Shown: positions 13,627-25,911, counted from the stretch's first letter. The stretch is DNA of 64,000 nt from Folioceros fuciformis (GCA_049999805.1 JBNGIO010006406.1:161129-225128), one strand, 5' to 3'. Numbers and translations: made by a program. The notes: a model not told the origin generated them from the letters alone.

Positions 13627-14790
13627 TTATTTCAGGCCAGGTTCCAACGCCGCAACAGTGGCTTGGACATCAGCCACAATATGGTCATAGGATTCATGCA
13701 GGTGCATGGTCTGTAAGGCAGCCTCCGCGGCCTGGAGTACGTGGGGAACAACTGGAGAAGGGCCGTCGTCAGCACCTCTGCAATCTTGTGGTGGTGAAGA
13801 TCCTTCCTTTTCAAGTTGCCATACTGTGACATTACACCGATTTGGAAGCTCCCACAGCAAGTCGTCATATGCCATAACCACCGCCACCATGGCCTCAGGC
13901 AGTCCCAGGGAGAACTCAACTAGGTTGTACGGCAAGCTGTGATAAACCTCACCCAGCTGATCGCCTCTTGTTTCCCTCAACAAGTTCAGCTGCTCCCGGC
14001 GTGCAACATAGGCTTGAAGAAGGCCGTCAATTTTGTCAATAAAGAGCTTAGGACTGGTGGCAAGGAAAGCCTTCTCTCCATCCATAGAAAGGAAAAATGG
14101 GATAGTCTGTTCACACATGGTCAGTTTGTCCGCCGACGACTCACTGGTAAGCGCACAGTAGTAACTCTCGTAGGCCTGTCCTCCGAAGCTAGTCTCGAAC
14201 CGGATGCCGATGCGTCTTCTAGGCAGACCGCAGATGACAATCCTGGCTCCTACTCGATACGAGAATCTGTCCTCCGAGGAGAAAGGCACGGCAGCCATAT
14301 CTGCGCCTCCCGCGTTCAGACGGTCTCCATAATAAGGCTCACTCTCCACTCTCTGCCACAGAGCCGTGATCACGTCGTCATTCCAAGCTTCTCCATCCAC
14401 GTCACACTCGGTGGAGTTGAGCACGGCGAAGTCCACCTCCTGCTGCAGCGGGTCCCTGGTGTCCCTACCAGTCGTCAGCCGCAACCGCAGCTCCTCGTGC
14501 CGCTGCTTGAGACCAAGCAGGCTCACCTTTGCGGCTTCCAACACACCACCTTCCTCGTCGCCTCCCTGCATGTCCTCTTCCTCCTCTCCAGCTAGCCGCC
14601 GCGTCTGCTTCGTCAGCTGTTCCAGGTGCTTGGAGGACGCAGCCAGAACCCGCTTCACCCGCTGCTGGCTGGTTCTCCGTTCCCTCACCTCCTGCTTCTC
14701 GGGCTCTGCCTCGTCCTGAGCGATCGCCATCTCTACTACCGCCCGCTCCCGCTTCTTCCGCTTCTCCCTATACATGAACAGCTGTGACAT
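13627..14790 (-). CDS. CENPO: Centromere protein O (CENP-O/Mcm21)-like, single exon, about 387 aa
   Basis: N-terminal coiled coil, then RIGIRFETSFGGQAYESYYC...EQTIPFFL...FIDKIDGLLQAYVARREQL...GEVYHSLPYNLVEF, matching the recalled plant CENP-O core. The first in-frame ATG is at 14790. Confidence 0.85.
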   Translation of the reverse strand: MSQLFMYREKRKKRERAVVEMAIAQDEAEPEKQEVRERRTSQQRVKRVLAASSKHLEQLTKQTRRLAGEEEEDMQGGDEEGGVLEAAKVSLLGLKQRHEELRLRLTTGRDTRDPLQQEVDFAVLNSTECDVDGEAWNDDVITALWQRVESEPYYGDRLNAGGADMAAVPFSSEDRFSYRVGARIVICGLPRRRIGIRFETSFGGQAYESYYCALTSESSADKLTMCEQTIPFFLSMDGEKAFLATSPKLFIDKIDGLLQAYVARREQLNLLRETRGDQLGEVYHSLPYNLVEFSLGLPEAMVAVVMAYDDLLWELPNRCNVTVWQLEKEGSSPPQDCRGADDGPSPVVPHVLQAAEAALQTMHLHESYDHIVADVQATVAALEPGLK

Positions 14791-15834
14791 TCCCTTCCTT
14801 GGCCGCAAGCTCCCTGGTCTCTGAGTTCTCCCGCATACGCATCCCACTCCACCTTCATCTCCCCGTCCCGCTCGTCTCCCGCCTACAGCTGCGTCGTCTC
14901 ATCGCGAAAACGAAATGACCAGGTCCCGCGAACTCCAGATTCCACCGTTTCCGTTGCAACCACGCTAGTCTCACTTTTCCGTTCAGATTGGCTGGTCACA
15001 CGCCGTTGAACTCTACCCAATCCAACGACGAAGATGGAAAGTCCTTGAAAAATTGTTACACTCCTGTCATGTATGGCTATATACTTATTTGAACTCTCCG
15101 TCATCTTTGAACTCAAGTTCCAAACAAGCGAGATGAACCCAAGTCCAAACAGTAGTCGATTAGCATGGTTTGTTGAAGGTGCTTTTTTATGTTGAACACT
15201 CTCTAGAGAGTGTATTAAAGTGTTTTCTTACATGATTTGCCAATCGTTAGTTGCTTTTTGGTAGGGAGTCATAAAAGAAAAATAGAATACAAAGGTAGAA
15301 TACATTGCTCCTTTCTGATTAAACTACTTTTGGTGAACAAAAGGTTATCCGTAAACCCTGAACCTGAGGTTGACCTTACATTCTAAAGTCCAGGACTGTA
15401 GTATGCTGATTGCATCTCTGCCTGTCCTGTTTCTTCACGTCCATCTCCTCGTCAGTTGCCAACCACCTGGGTCCAAACCTCAAACCTGGGACGGAGACAA
15501 GGATAAATAATTAAGTGGTAACGAAATTACTCTTATACTTTACATCATATTTTACAGTCCGCAGTTGTGGCAAACTCCTGAACCTGTGGCGATTCTCCAT
15601 TTCTAACTCTATGGCCTTCTGAATGACCTCGGGCTGCCCAACCCCTGAACGTGAGTTGCAAAGGGTAAAGGCAGACGAAGCTCCCTGGTCTGCCCATGAT
15701 TACATCATGGCCTTCATCCCAGACATGAAGCTGTTTCTGCTCCAGAATCAGTCAGAAATCAATGCAGTCTCCACATGGTTTACAGACTCCGGGTATAGCA
15801 ACAGGTCACGAACATGATAGAACACGAGACCATG

Positions 15835-18800
15835 TCATGAGGTACACGAATCTCGACTAGATGTTGCACGGTCAAGCTCCTCCTGTAACTGCCTCTTGTC
15901 ATCCAACAGTTCCTTATTCTGCCTCTCGAGCTCTTCAATCTGCTTCGTCTGATCGGAATCCTTCCTGTTCAGATACCCGAGGTCAGAGCTAAACGCCAGT
16001 TCTCCTCCAGTAACAAAGTAGTGACCAGATGATGTGGTGGCAAACCTATTCATGAAGCCAAGATTGAGCTTTAGAGACCGAACTTCCTTCTCTAGAGCTT
16101 CAGCACGTTTGATGACAGCTTGCAGGTCGGCAGGAACGTAGCACCTTCCCTTCGCCTCCGCCATCCTGGCCCCGCCAAGACGACAGCCTTAGACGCACCC
16201 TCATCTTTTTTCATTGTCATAGCAGTGCACAAGAGAGCAAAACTTACTTTCGCTGACGTTCCACTCGCCTCTTCTTGGTTGCATCATCTATCTGATCTGT
16301 TTGGAAGCCTACAAGACAGATTCAGGATTGTCAGTATTGACTGATGCCATTACTCAGAACAGCATCAGTCTTTGGCAACAAGTAGTTGTCTTTCGAGAAG
16401 CTGCACCTGATCGACCAGATGATGTTATTGATCCCGCCCGTTGCAGTGCAGGATGCTCAGGCTTCTGTTCATTCATTAAGGATAGTGATGAGAGAGGTCA
16501 TAATCCATAAAAATAAAAGAAAAAGAAAAAGAAAGAAAGAATGAAGACCAAAAAAAAGAAGCTTATATGATTCAAGTCGGTGGATCACCTTGGGTTTCAG
16601 ATCGTGGTTGCTTGGACTTTCATTTAGGACGCCTTGACTAGTATCTGCCGCACGAAAATGCAACTGTTAGAGCCCCGCAGATAAACTTGCAGTTAGTATA
16701 GAACACGGGTCACGAGTCACTTACTATGGACAGATATTGGACTGCGATGGTTCCCGTTGGATTGGGCATGTGCCTGCCGCTTGGCAGGCTGGTCAACAGA
16801 GCCAACTGCCATTCGCTTTAAGGACGGATTGTGTCCACCAGCTTGGGTATTTGCTTGATTGAGTGTGGAGACAGTCTGGCCCGAATTACAAGGCCCATCT
16901 GCACTAGCAGCAGTTCCACACCCTGAAGATCCACTTGGTGATGGACCGTGTTGGTTGGGTGAAGATATTCGAATGCCATTCTGGAGCAGATCAGGATGAC
17001 ATATCAGAAAAGAAATCAACTTGCACGAAGCCTCATAACAATCTCTCAGGTCATTCAGATGAACAGAAAAACAGCTCCATACCAGTCCATTTACTGTTGG
17101 CCCTTCACCATGCGATCTGTTAGGAGAATTAACCACCTGGATCCCGATGTCATTTCCTACGTTCCCACCATTCTTTTGACGACCATCACTTGCAGTGGTA
17201 CCGCTTGGTCTTTGCAGCTGCCTGTTGAATGAGTTCGGACCTTCAGGTTTCATTGCCTCACCTTCACCACTGCCATTGTTCTGGAGACGGGCATTCCCAG
17301 AAACACTACAGGAGATGGCGGCGGAAGAAATGCTGCTAGGATCAGCATGGTTAATGCCAGGCGCAAGAGGTGGCTTCACTTCCAAGCCGTTCACACTTCC
17401 ATTCAGAACAACATCTCGCATGTTGGACTGCTGTTTCTTCTTCTCGATGCTCCCCTTAAGCAGCCCGACCACTGCAGATATTTGGCTCTCTCCTGCATTA
17501 CTCATGAACTGACCAAGCCCTGGACCATTGAAGCTACTGCTGGTGGTCAGTGACGCAGAAACTGGTGGGTTCATGTTGACAGTCTGATAGTACAGAGACG
17601 ACTGAACCGAAGTCTCCATGGAAGGAACCATCTGGTGACTTGGGGTAGAAGGGTGCAAAGGTGGGATACCACTGTCCTGATGTTGCGGCTGGGCGAGCTG
17701 GTGGTGTAGCTGGGGCGTATCATACTGGCCCAGCTGCTGTTGAAACAGCTGAAGGTGCGGTTGAGGTTGATGGTTTTGAGATGGAGGAGGTCGGCTCGGA
17801 TTGTGATTCAATCCTACGGGTGGGTGATTATGACCAAGGTGAGAGTGGTGGTGAGTTGAAGGCGCAGGCGGTTTGCCATGGAATGTGGTGCCACGGTTAT
17901 TCCATACCGTGCCCACAGTTCCATGTTGCTGATTAAGCTGGTCATTAGTCGCATGACTAGCAAGTCGTTGGAGGGATTCTGCAGTAGGCGGAAAAGGCAG
18001 TCCTTGCATTTCAGCTAACTTCCTGTGAGCAAAAAGAGGAAACAGCACAAGTAATGAGCACTTCTACTTCCAGCTCGCACCACATAAAGCAGCCAGGGAG
18101 AGAAAGACAAGAGCTTGCCTGAGTTCAGAAGATCTGCTGCGAGTCATGATTGGGGACGGTTGCTGAAACCATGGGACGTTCTGAAAAAGGGCAAACACAG
18201 AATACCCTTTAAATGATGGAAACCAAACAAAACTATCCTCATCGACTCCTCACTAAAGGTTATTCAAAAGATGGGCGAAGTCTGAACTGGATACATTACC
18301 TTCAAAGCTGACACATTCGTCGGCGGCTTGCCGGCACTTCCGTTCCTGAAAAAGCTCCAAGCAGGAACCTTGCATTAGTCTGAAGCGAATCCTCAACACC
18401 ATTCAGTTGGCAGCAAGTGAAGGGGCCGGAGATGTAGCTACCTAGTACTTGTCTTTTGCTGATACATATTATCCCCAAACACAGTTTCGTCGCTGTAAAC
18501 GGGTTGATTGAAGACGGCGTACTCGCCACTCTCAATCCGAGGCATCATAGGTCCGTTTTGCTGAGCAAGCAAGGCTGCCAACTCACTTGACATTCTGTCA
18601 AACGAGCGAGCACTGGATCAGGAATCCACACACGACCGTGCAATTACTGTCGCAGCAGATGTCCGAGGATGAATACCTTACCTGCGGGAGGTCATCCGAG
18701 AGCTATCGGGAGGAGCAGGAGGCTGATGCGCACTCTACTCATCAAGCAACATCCGTGCAAGGAGAGAACTCAGTACACGACAAAATCAAGCCGAGCGAGC

Positions 18801-19191
18801 AGCGACGCGACATCTACAAGACCCAACGCCACACCTGGTCCAGGGAAGAGTTGGCAAGCATGTTCTGAAACAAGTCATCGCTGCTTATCCGATTCAGCGC
18901 TGGAGAGCCCATGAAGCCTTCAATACTTGGGGTGGACGGAACCACCATGCTCCCCTCCATCAAGTTCTGCAGGAAAATCTCTTCACTCGTCCCCCTAAAA
19001 TACCCAGAGGAGTTCTGCGACGGACCTGCCTCCCCTCTACAGGACTGCATCTCCACGTGCTGGTGGTAGCCGTTGGACCCATTCCCCAGCCCAGAGTCCC
19101 CGTGAGTAAACGAGGATTGCGCTTGCGCAGCCCGCTTGATCTCATTCGAAATGCTCCTCGTTATCCTCCGGTTCTCAAACAGAAAATCCAT
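15835..19191 (-). CDS. CYCLOPS: CYCLOPS/IPD3 common-symbiosis transcription factor, multi-exon
   Basis: N-terminal TSEEIFLQNLME and RISSDDLF; WFQQPSPIMTRSRSSELR|KLAEMQ; QISAVVGLLKGSIEKKK; C-terminal coiled coil/DNA-binding region MAEAK...LEKEVRSLKLNLGFMNR|KDSDQTKQIEELERQNKELLDDK. All are diagnostic of CYCLOPS/IPD3. Confidence 0.95.
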
Positions 19192-20727
19192 AGTACCAAC
19201 ACTCCAGCAAGCCTCAACAAATCAGACTAGGCTGGCTACAACCCCTCCCCTTCACAGACATCCCTCCATGCCACCATCCTCCTCATCCCAGCAGCAGGAC
19301 TCCCCTACCTCCAGTCCCCACAACAGAGCCAACTCCACGGGCCCCTCGCAGCCCCAACACTGCGCAGCCCAGCTCCGCGTACGGCGCAACAGTGCACCCA
19401 ACCTGACGAGACTGCCGCATCTGGATCCGCACTCCGCAGGCCCGCACAGGCACGCAGCCGTCTCCCCCGTTCTTCTGACACAAAAGACGCTTTACCTTCT
19501 CCCTCTCCCTCCTCCTCCTCCCCCGATCCCCACGTAATAGATTCCCCACACCACCCTCGCCTGCATCCATTGCTCTCTCTCCCCGCACTCTCTCTTCCAT
19601 CTCTCCTACCCGGGGCCTTTTCTGCCCTCCGGAGAACGTTACATGCCGACCACAGCACAATGTGCTCCCAAGTTGCCGCTCGCCTCCTGCTTCTCTCTAC
19701 ACCCGTGTCCCACCCTACCCCTCCATCCTCCTCCTCCTCCTCCTCCTGCCAAATCTCCACACAAACCGCGCAGTAGTTAGGCCTGCCTGTCACCACTCCC
19801 TGCTCTTCTCCAGAGGCTCCAGATTCGTCCCACCCGGAGACACGTACAACATGAACAGTCCGAGGACCGAGGACCCCCCCACTTCTAGGTACACAAGGTG
19901 ACATGTCGGAGACCACGCCAGGTAGTAGTACAGTACCCCGCAGGACTCCTTCGGGCCCACCCGACCAAACAGGGGCGGCCATCGCCAGCATCGCCGGCTT
20001 GCGATCTCGGAATGTTGGTGGCTCGGCCTGGCTGCGGGTACCTTCGGCGAGGTTATCTAACCCCAGGCGCGGGTTAAGCGCGGCTGCCGGCCCCGGTTTG
20101 GCTTCCAGAATAGTCTTCGCCGTCCAGGGTGTCCAGAAGCCGGGGTCAAACTCGACCGCGTATTTGCTCGTCTGAAAGGCACCGCGGCAGGGAGATGCTC
20201 GCGCATCTGCAAAAGGTTGAGCCTTGTCGTTTTCGAAAAGTGGAGGCGGAGCCGCATCCTAGGCAACGTGGGACCAATCGCGGTGCCTCATCACACGCAC
20301 TCTTCATACGTCTCCGTTTCTGTTAAGAAGATAAATAAAAAAAAGGATAATTTTATCACACTCCACTGAAGATCAATCCACACTACACTGGATTTCAATC
20401 ATGCACTTGGAACACTAAACAATTCACAGCTACTGGCTCCAGGAGGCAACTTCGGATAGATTTGTGACGTGCACGCACCTTTTCATCGATGCCTTTCAGC
20501 TTTTCTTCTTCTTGAAAAGTTCCAGATGCTCCTGTTGGTCTGGATGCTCCTTTTCCCCTTTCCGCCCGATCCGTTCTCGAGGGTTGTCGGGAAATCTAGT
20601 TCTTGATGGCCGTTTCTTCTCCTCGGGTCTGGGGTGGATGGGACATTCAATCATGCACAATATCATTCAATTCTGTAAACTTGTAGCTTACATTGTCAAA
20701 TTGGACTCCAGAAAGCAAGGCAAGGGC

Positions 20728-23700
20728 TTACTGCACCGCCATCCCTGATGCGGTTAGTTCAGACCAAGTCGCGGACGACTTGGGCCAGGTCCAGTACCAC
20801 TTCCGTGAGAAGGTCGGCAGTTGAGAGAGTCTGATTGTCGACTTGTAGACCGTGAGGCGGAGGGTCGGCTGGGTAGACCGAGCTTCTGCCTGATTGGGAC
20901 TTGCTGATCCATTTTTGCAAGATGGCATTCACCTTGTCAGGGATCTCGTCGTGGGGGCAGTGACCTGGGAGGATGAAAGGGTAGCGTCAGGGGAGATCCG
21001 TCACTTGCATGTGGTGGAAGCGACTGGCGAGGGCGGGCGGGACGTGATGGAAAGAAACAGTACCTGCATCCACGAGTTTGACCGTGACGTTCTTGCAATG
21101 GGATTGGAACAGGCTGGCCCTGAACGGGGAGTTAGTGAGGGGATCCTTCGCTCCCTGCAGCATCCCATCCGAGTAAGTTATTCGTTGTGCTGGTTCTACA
21201 CACAGCAAGGGTTAGGGTTTTTGGTGGTCACCTGTAGGACTAGCACCTTGCCGCTGAAGCGGTCCAAGAACAAGTTGATAGGCAGCGGCGGCTGCAGGAA
21301 GAAAATGCTCTCCAGGACAGTGATGGCTCCAGGGTCGTAAGACTGGTGCTGTTGTTAAGTCCTCCCCGTTTGGACGTCTGGTCTGGAAGTGTAGGAAAAT
21401 GGAGGAGAGGTGAAGGATACAGCTCGTGTCACTTCCTCAGCTAGCCAGTCGTCTGCCCTAGCCGTGTTCTGGATCACGTGACCAAGAGTGATGAACTGAT
21501 GAGCAGATTCGTTAGACGGCCATAGGGGAATATGCGGGGTAGAACGTGCATACCACGGGGTAACATTTCCGTAACAGGTTGTTGGACGAGTTCTGGAGAT
21601 AGAGCATGAGCAACCGTGAGCCGGCCCATGCTACCTGTGATTTGCTCCGTGGCTGCAGCGAAGGGGACGATGCGTTAGGCAATGACTCTCGGACAAAGGA
21701 TTTGATGCCTGTGTGAACGTAAGAGCCCTGGCAGCTGCTTCACCTTTCGGTACTTCATGCCCTCGTAATTGGGAATCACTTTGCCAGCGGGACAGATCAG
21801 CACCAGGGACTTGACAAGCTGCGGCCACAGTCCAGCAACTACGCTGACGGTGTATCCTGCACACAAGGAACTGACTCGAAGTTACTTCAGAAACCATCCC
21901 TTGCATCGTAAGATTCCGGGTGCATTCACAAGCAGTCGTCCCTACCTCCGATGGAGTTGCCAGCCAAGACAACTGGCTCGCCCACCACCTCAGCGATGAA
22001 GTCCCTCACAAGCTCAGACCAGAAGAGCTCCGTGTACAGCACATTGGGCTTTTCTGATCTCCCAAAGCCCAGCAGAGTCAGAGCCCAGACTCGGTTGCCT
22101 TTGCTTGCGACCTCTTGGACATTATTGCGGTAATGCTGCCAAAAGGCCCCAAAACCATGCACGAGAAGCACTGCAGGCCCCTCCTTGCCAGCATGCGTGT
22201 ACTGCACAGCCACGGTAAAGGGGGTGAGGCATACGCCATGGGGCGACAGTGGACAGCGGGGACACCATCTCGTGCATTGGTCTTGCGCATAAGTCTGTGA
22301 GATCCAAGACCTGGAGGAAGGTGAGTGAGTACCTGCACCAGAAAGTTCCGCCACTTCCAGGTTTTGGTAGTCAGGCCGGTTGCTCGTCCCTCGGCCTGGC
22401 TGTTCTTAGCAAGACGTTGGTACCACTAGAAGATACAAATGCATAGCATAGTATTAGCCATCCCTCGTTTACCACTCATGCACAGACTTGCCTACCCTTG
22501 TTCTGCAACCGGTTCTGTGGTCTCAGAACTGCAGAAAGCATGAACTGAACCGATGACAGCCCTCCTAGCAACACCTCAATAGATTTGGCATCTGAAACTG
22601 CTGAAGCAACTGTGAACGTCGAGAATCCGAAGGGGGATAGCCTGCCCCCAAGCCGCTCTTTCTCATATTCAACAGCCTCGTGATACACTCTTCTTAATGA
22701 GAGGGTACCAAGTCCCAGCACACAACCGAAAAGACTTCGGAAAGACGCTCCGGGTCTGGACTCAAGTTCCCATATGCCCTCATACATCCTACACGGCAAA
22801 CACCATCACTGAGGAACACAACCAAAAATCGGCCCCAAAGGAACCAGGGTCACTGGAGCAGACCTTTGCCAGTCATCCCGTGCCGTTGGCTCCAAGAATC
22901 TGAGGTACCCACTGAGAGCATTCGCTGCTCCTGCAGCACCACCAGTAATCACATATCCCTCAGTCCTGGTTGCAGCTTCGATTGACAGCTTTCTCTGTTC
23001 CAGTGCTGCGTAAGGGCTAGCCAATATATATTTCTCTCGCCATTCAAGAAGGCTTCGGAAAGGCGTAGCCCCAACCACTGGAGACGATCCATTTGACGCT
23101 CCGTCCTCAACCTTCAGGATGCTCTCCGCGGATCCAAGCTCAGGTGACCATGATCCTTGCTTGGTGTTTCCTATCGTGCAGCTACAAACTTCTTCCAAAG
23201 TAAGGAGTCTTCCTGAAAAACGCCAATCCGAGCCTCACTCACTGGTTCACGAAGTCAGAGAAGAGACAGCAAAGACACAATTCTCAGCACATGATGTCAG
23301 CTTTACCCTTGTCTACGCCCTGAGGCAAAGGGGGCAAGGAAGTCGGAGGATCGATTGGACGACTTGGTGCGACCCGAGACTTCTGGAAGTCCTTGAAGCT
23401 AACAGAAGAAGTCACATCCCCATCCTGGACAACCAACAATTCCTGGACATGAGAGCCCAAGATATGGAAGTACTGATGTTGCAGCAGCACCTGATGAAGT
23501 TGCTTCGACACACCAACTGACGGCAGACCTCGTACAGAGAGGCAGTCCATTGAGACACAGAAAGCTCGCCCTGCAGCTTCGTCGACAGGCCCCCCCGGAC
23601 TCTGGACACAACTTCCTGCCATGTCTCCTCCACTTCCTCTTCAAAAAAGATGTCCCGTGCACCTGTCTGTTAACCGTTTCCGATCATCCACCCTCCCCGT

Positions 23701-24362
23701 TTTCTTTCCGCACACATCAACCACCAGCCCAACCCAATTCACGATACTAACCAACCTGCTGCACCAGCTCTGCAATGGCATCCTCCGAGCTCCCAACCCG
23801 GATCACCAGGTCTGACCCCACAACCCGCAGATCTCGTTGCAGATAAACAACAGCGTCGTGCAGAGCCTCGAGCACGGAACCGGACCATCCTGCCAGGAAA
23901 GTGTGCACATCAAAATGCATTGCATCAGGACACCCCCCTGAACCTGAACGCAATCACTGCACATGCTCAGGTGAACCACTGACCATCCAGAAGCAGAGGA
24001 TCAAATATGTACACCGGCACGACGGCGTTATATTGAGCTGCCGCTGCCTGCAATCCGGGGTGGTCATCCGTCCTCAGGTCGTGCTTGAACCAGACTATAC
24101 ACGCTCCCTCCTTCCTGGCAGCTGCCACGCCCTTGCCCCCAGTCGTGAATGCAGTTCCAGCTCCAGCTCCAGCCGATGCACACGCAACCTGGAAGCGTCT
24201 GTATGAGACGCGTGTGCCTCTCACGCACACACTGCTCCATGGCCGAGCTCCTGGCGCTCCAAGGCCATGGTAAGAGCTTCCACCAATCCGAAATGGCTGT
24301 ACACTGCCAGCCACAAGGATCCTCGGGGCAGCACACAGGACCGGGACCATCTGGCTCACCAT
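20728..24362 (-). CDS. Photolyase/cryptochrome N-terminal alpha/beta domain fused to an alpha/beta hydrolase (At4g25290-like), probable plastid transit peptide
   Basis: CIVWFKHDLRTDDHPGL...VPVYIFDP (photolyase N-domain); later PAVLLVHGFGAFWQHYRNN, LLGFGRSEKP, LAGNSIGG (nucleophile elbow) and GHCPHDEIP (catalytic His). Confidence 0.88.
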
Positions 24363-24579
24363 CCTCGCCCAGGTGCAGTTGCAGTTGCTACAGCGCGACC
24401 ACCAAGAATTCACCCGGGGCCGGAATCTTCACCCAGAGAGCGGAAACTGGGCGTCGTTGGAGTAATCTGCCCTTCTCTCTTTCATCCTTCCTCCACCCAA
24501 CCAGGATTTCCGATTAGATTTGGTCCCGGAGATACTTTCATCCACATCCGAAGCGGCTAGATGCATTCCAGTCCTGGCC

Positions 24580-25911
24580 ATGGCGGAGCTGAGGGCGGTG
24601 CTGCCGCTTCCCAACCGCGGTCTTCACAGGGTGCAATGCGAGGTTCCTCTTGGGACGCTCCAGCTGCTGTCGCTCCGGCGGCAGCAGCAGCGGCGGGGCC
24701 TGGAGGTGCGGGCTGTGGCCGCGCCTGTAGCCCAGGTTCGGGACCTGCGCAAGCAGATTCTGGAGGAGGAGGTGGAGAGGAAGAATTTCCGCATCCGGGA
24801 GGTGGACACCACTGAGCCTGTGGAATGGCACGCGGGCACCGTGCTCAGGGTGGCTGAGGTGGTACCGGGGGTGCGAGCCGTGACGCTGGAGACGGAGTGT
24901 TCCCGGGAGGTCAGTGTCTGTTTGTGGGCTGTCACGGAAATCTGCATTGCTGCATTGGCTGATCCTGGGGTGTGGACGGGGGTGTCCTTAGCTGGTGAAG
25001 CGGGCCAATGCCTACTTGAAGCCCGGGCAGCTGGCCCAGGTGAGGATCGGGGAGGAGGTGGTGACGGTGGCGTCGTCCAGCCCTCCGTTTCCTAAGGAGA
25101 ACAACGAGCCCGTGCTGTACAAGGTCCGGGGGGACATCCCTGCCGGGACCACCAAGGTTCCGCAGTACTCCTTGTCTGTGCTCGCTCCTCTGGACCTACA
25201 TGTGCAGGAGACGACTGCTCGGGCCTTGTACAATGTGAAGGAAGGTGGGCAAGGTTGCTGGTTGCTGGAGCTGCCGATCAAAATCCCGTTGTCCATTGCG
25301 CACTCAGTGACATGGTTTTGCGGGTGGGCTGGCAGGGGACGAAGTGCAGGTGGGGCCGTTCCTGCCCACGGGGCTGGACCTCAGGCCGGTCATGTTCATC
25401 AACCGCTTCTCCACTCTGCTCATCTTCGCACAAGGGGATGGGATTGCGGTGGCTCGAGCCATGGTCGAAACCCAGGACGGCAATGTGGGCACCCTGAACT
25501 TGAGCATGCGGCAACAGACGAGGCTGTTCTACTCGGCTCCCCAACCATCTCTGATTGCTTACCGGGTACGCGCAGACTCTAGTCTATGCCTTGAGTGGCT
25601 TATGCCGTTTCCTTTTCCTGCTATCTGCAAAGGCAGGAGGACTTTGCTGAGCTGCTTGGCTGCAGGAGAAGTTCGACGAGTGGGAAGCCAGGAAAGTGGA
25701 CATCCGCACCACAGTGGACACCGATGCCGGGGAAGCCTGGGACGGGTTTGTGGGCTCCTTGAGTACTTTGTGGGACGAGGATGACATCGAGTATGATCCA
25801 GAGACCACCGCTGCCCTGGTCTGCGCGGAGAAGGATCAACGAGAAAGCATCAAATCCCTTCTCACAGACGCTGGCATCCCTGACCAGCAAGTTGTTTTTT
25901 GGGAAGCTTGA
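24580..25911 (+). CDS. FNR-like FAD/NAD(P)-binding oxidoreductase-fold protein (pKIWI502-like), probable plastid; exons 24580-24909, 24992-25244, 25336-25565, 25666-25911
   Basis: Transit-peptide-like N-terminus (...GLEVRAVAAP); AYLKPGQLAQVRI; VQVGPFLPTGLDL; LLIFAQGDGIA; RLFYSA; IAYREKFDEWE; WDGFVG; AALVC. The order matches the pKIWI502/FNR-like family. Confidence 0.75.

Noticed and set aside
13939-14719. 218-aa and 117-aa plus-strand ORFs
   Set aside because: Antisense shadows of the GC-rich CENP-O CDS with no recognisable motifs.
19283-19991. 228-aa and 125-aa minus-strand ORFs upstream of CYCLOPS
   Set aside because: Low-complexity purine-rich translation with no homology I recognise; more likely 5' UTR, UTR intron or promoter.
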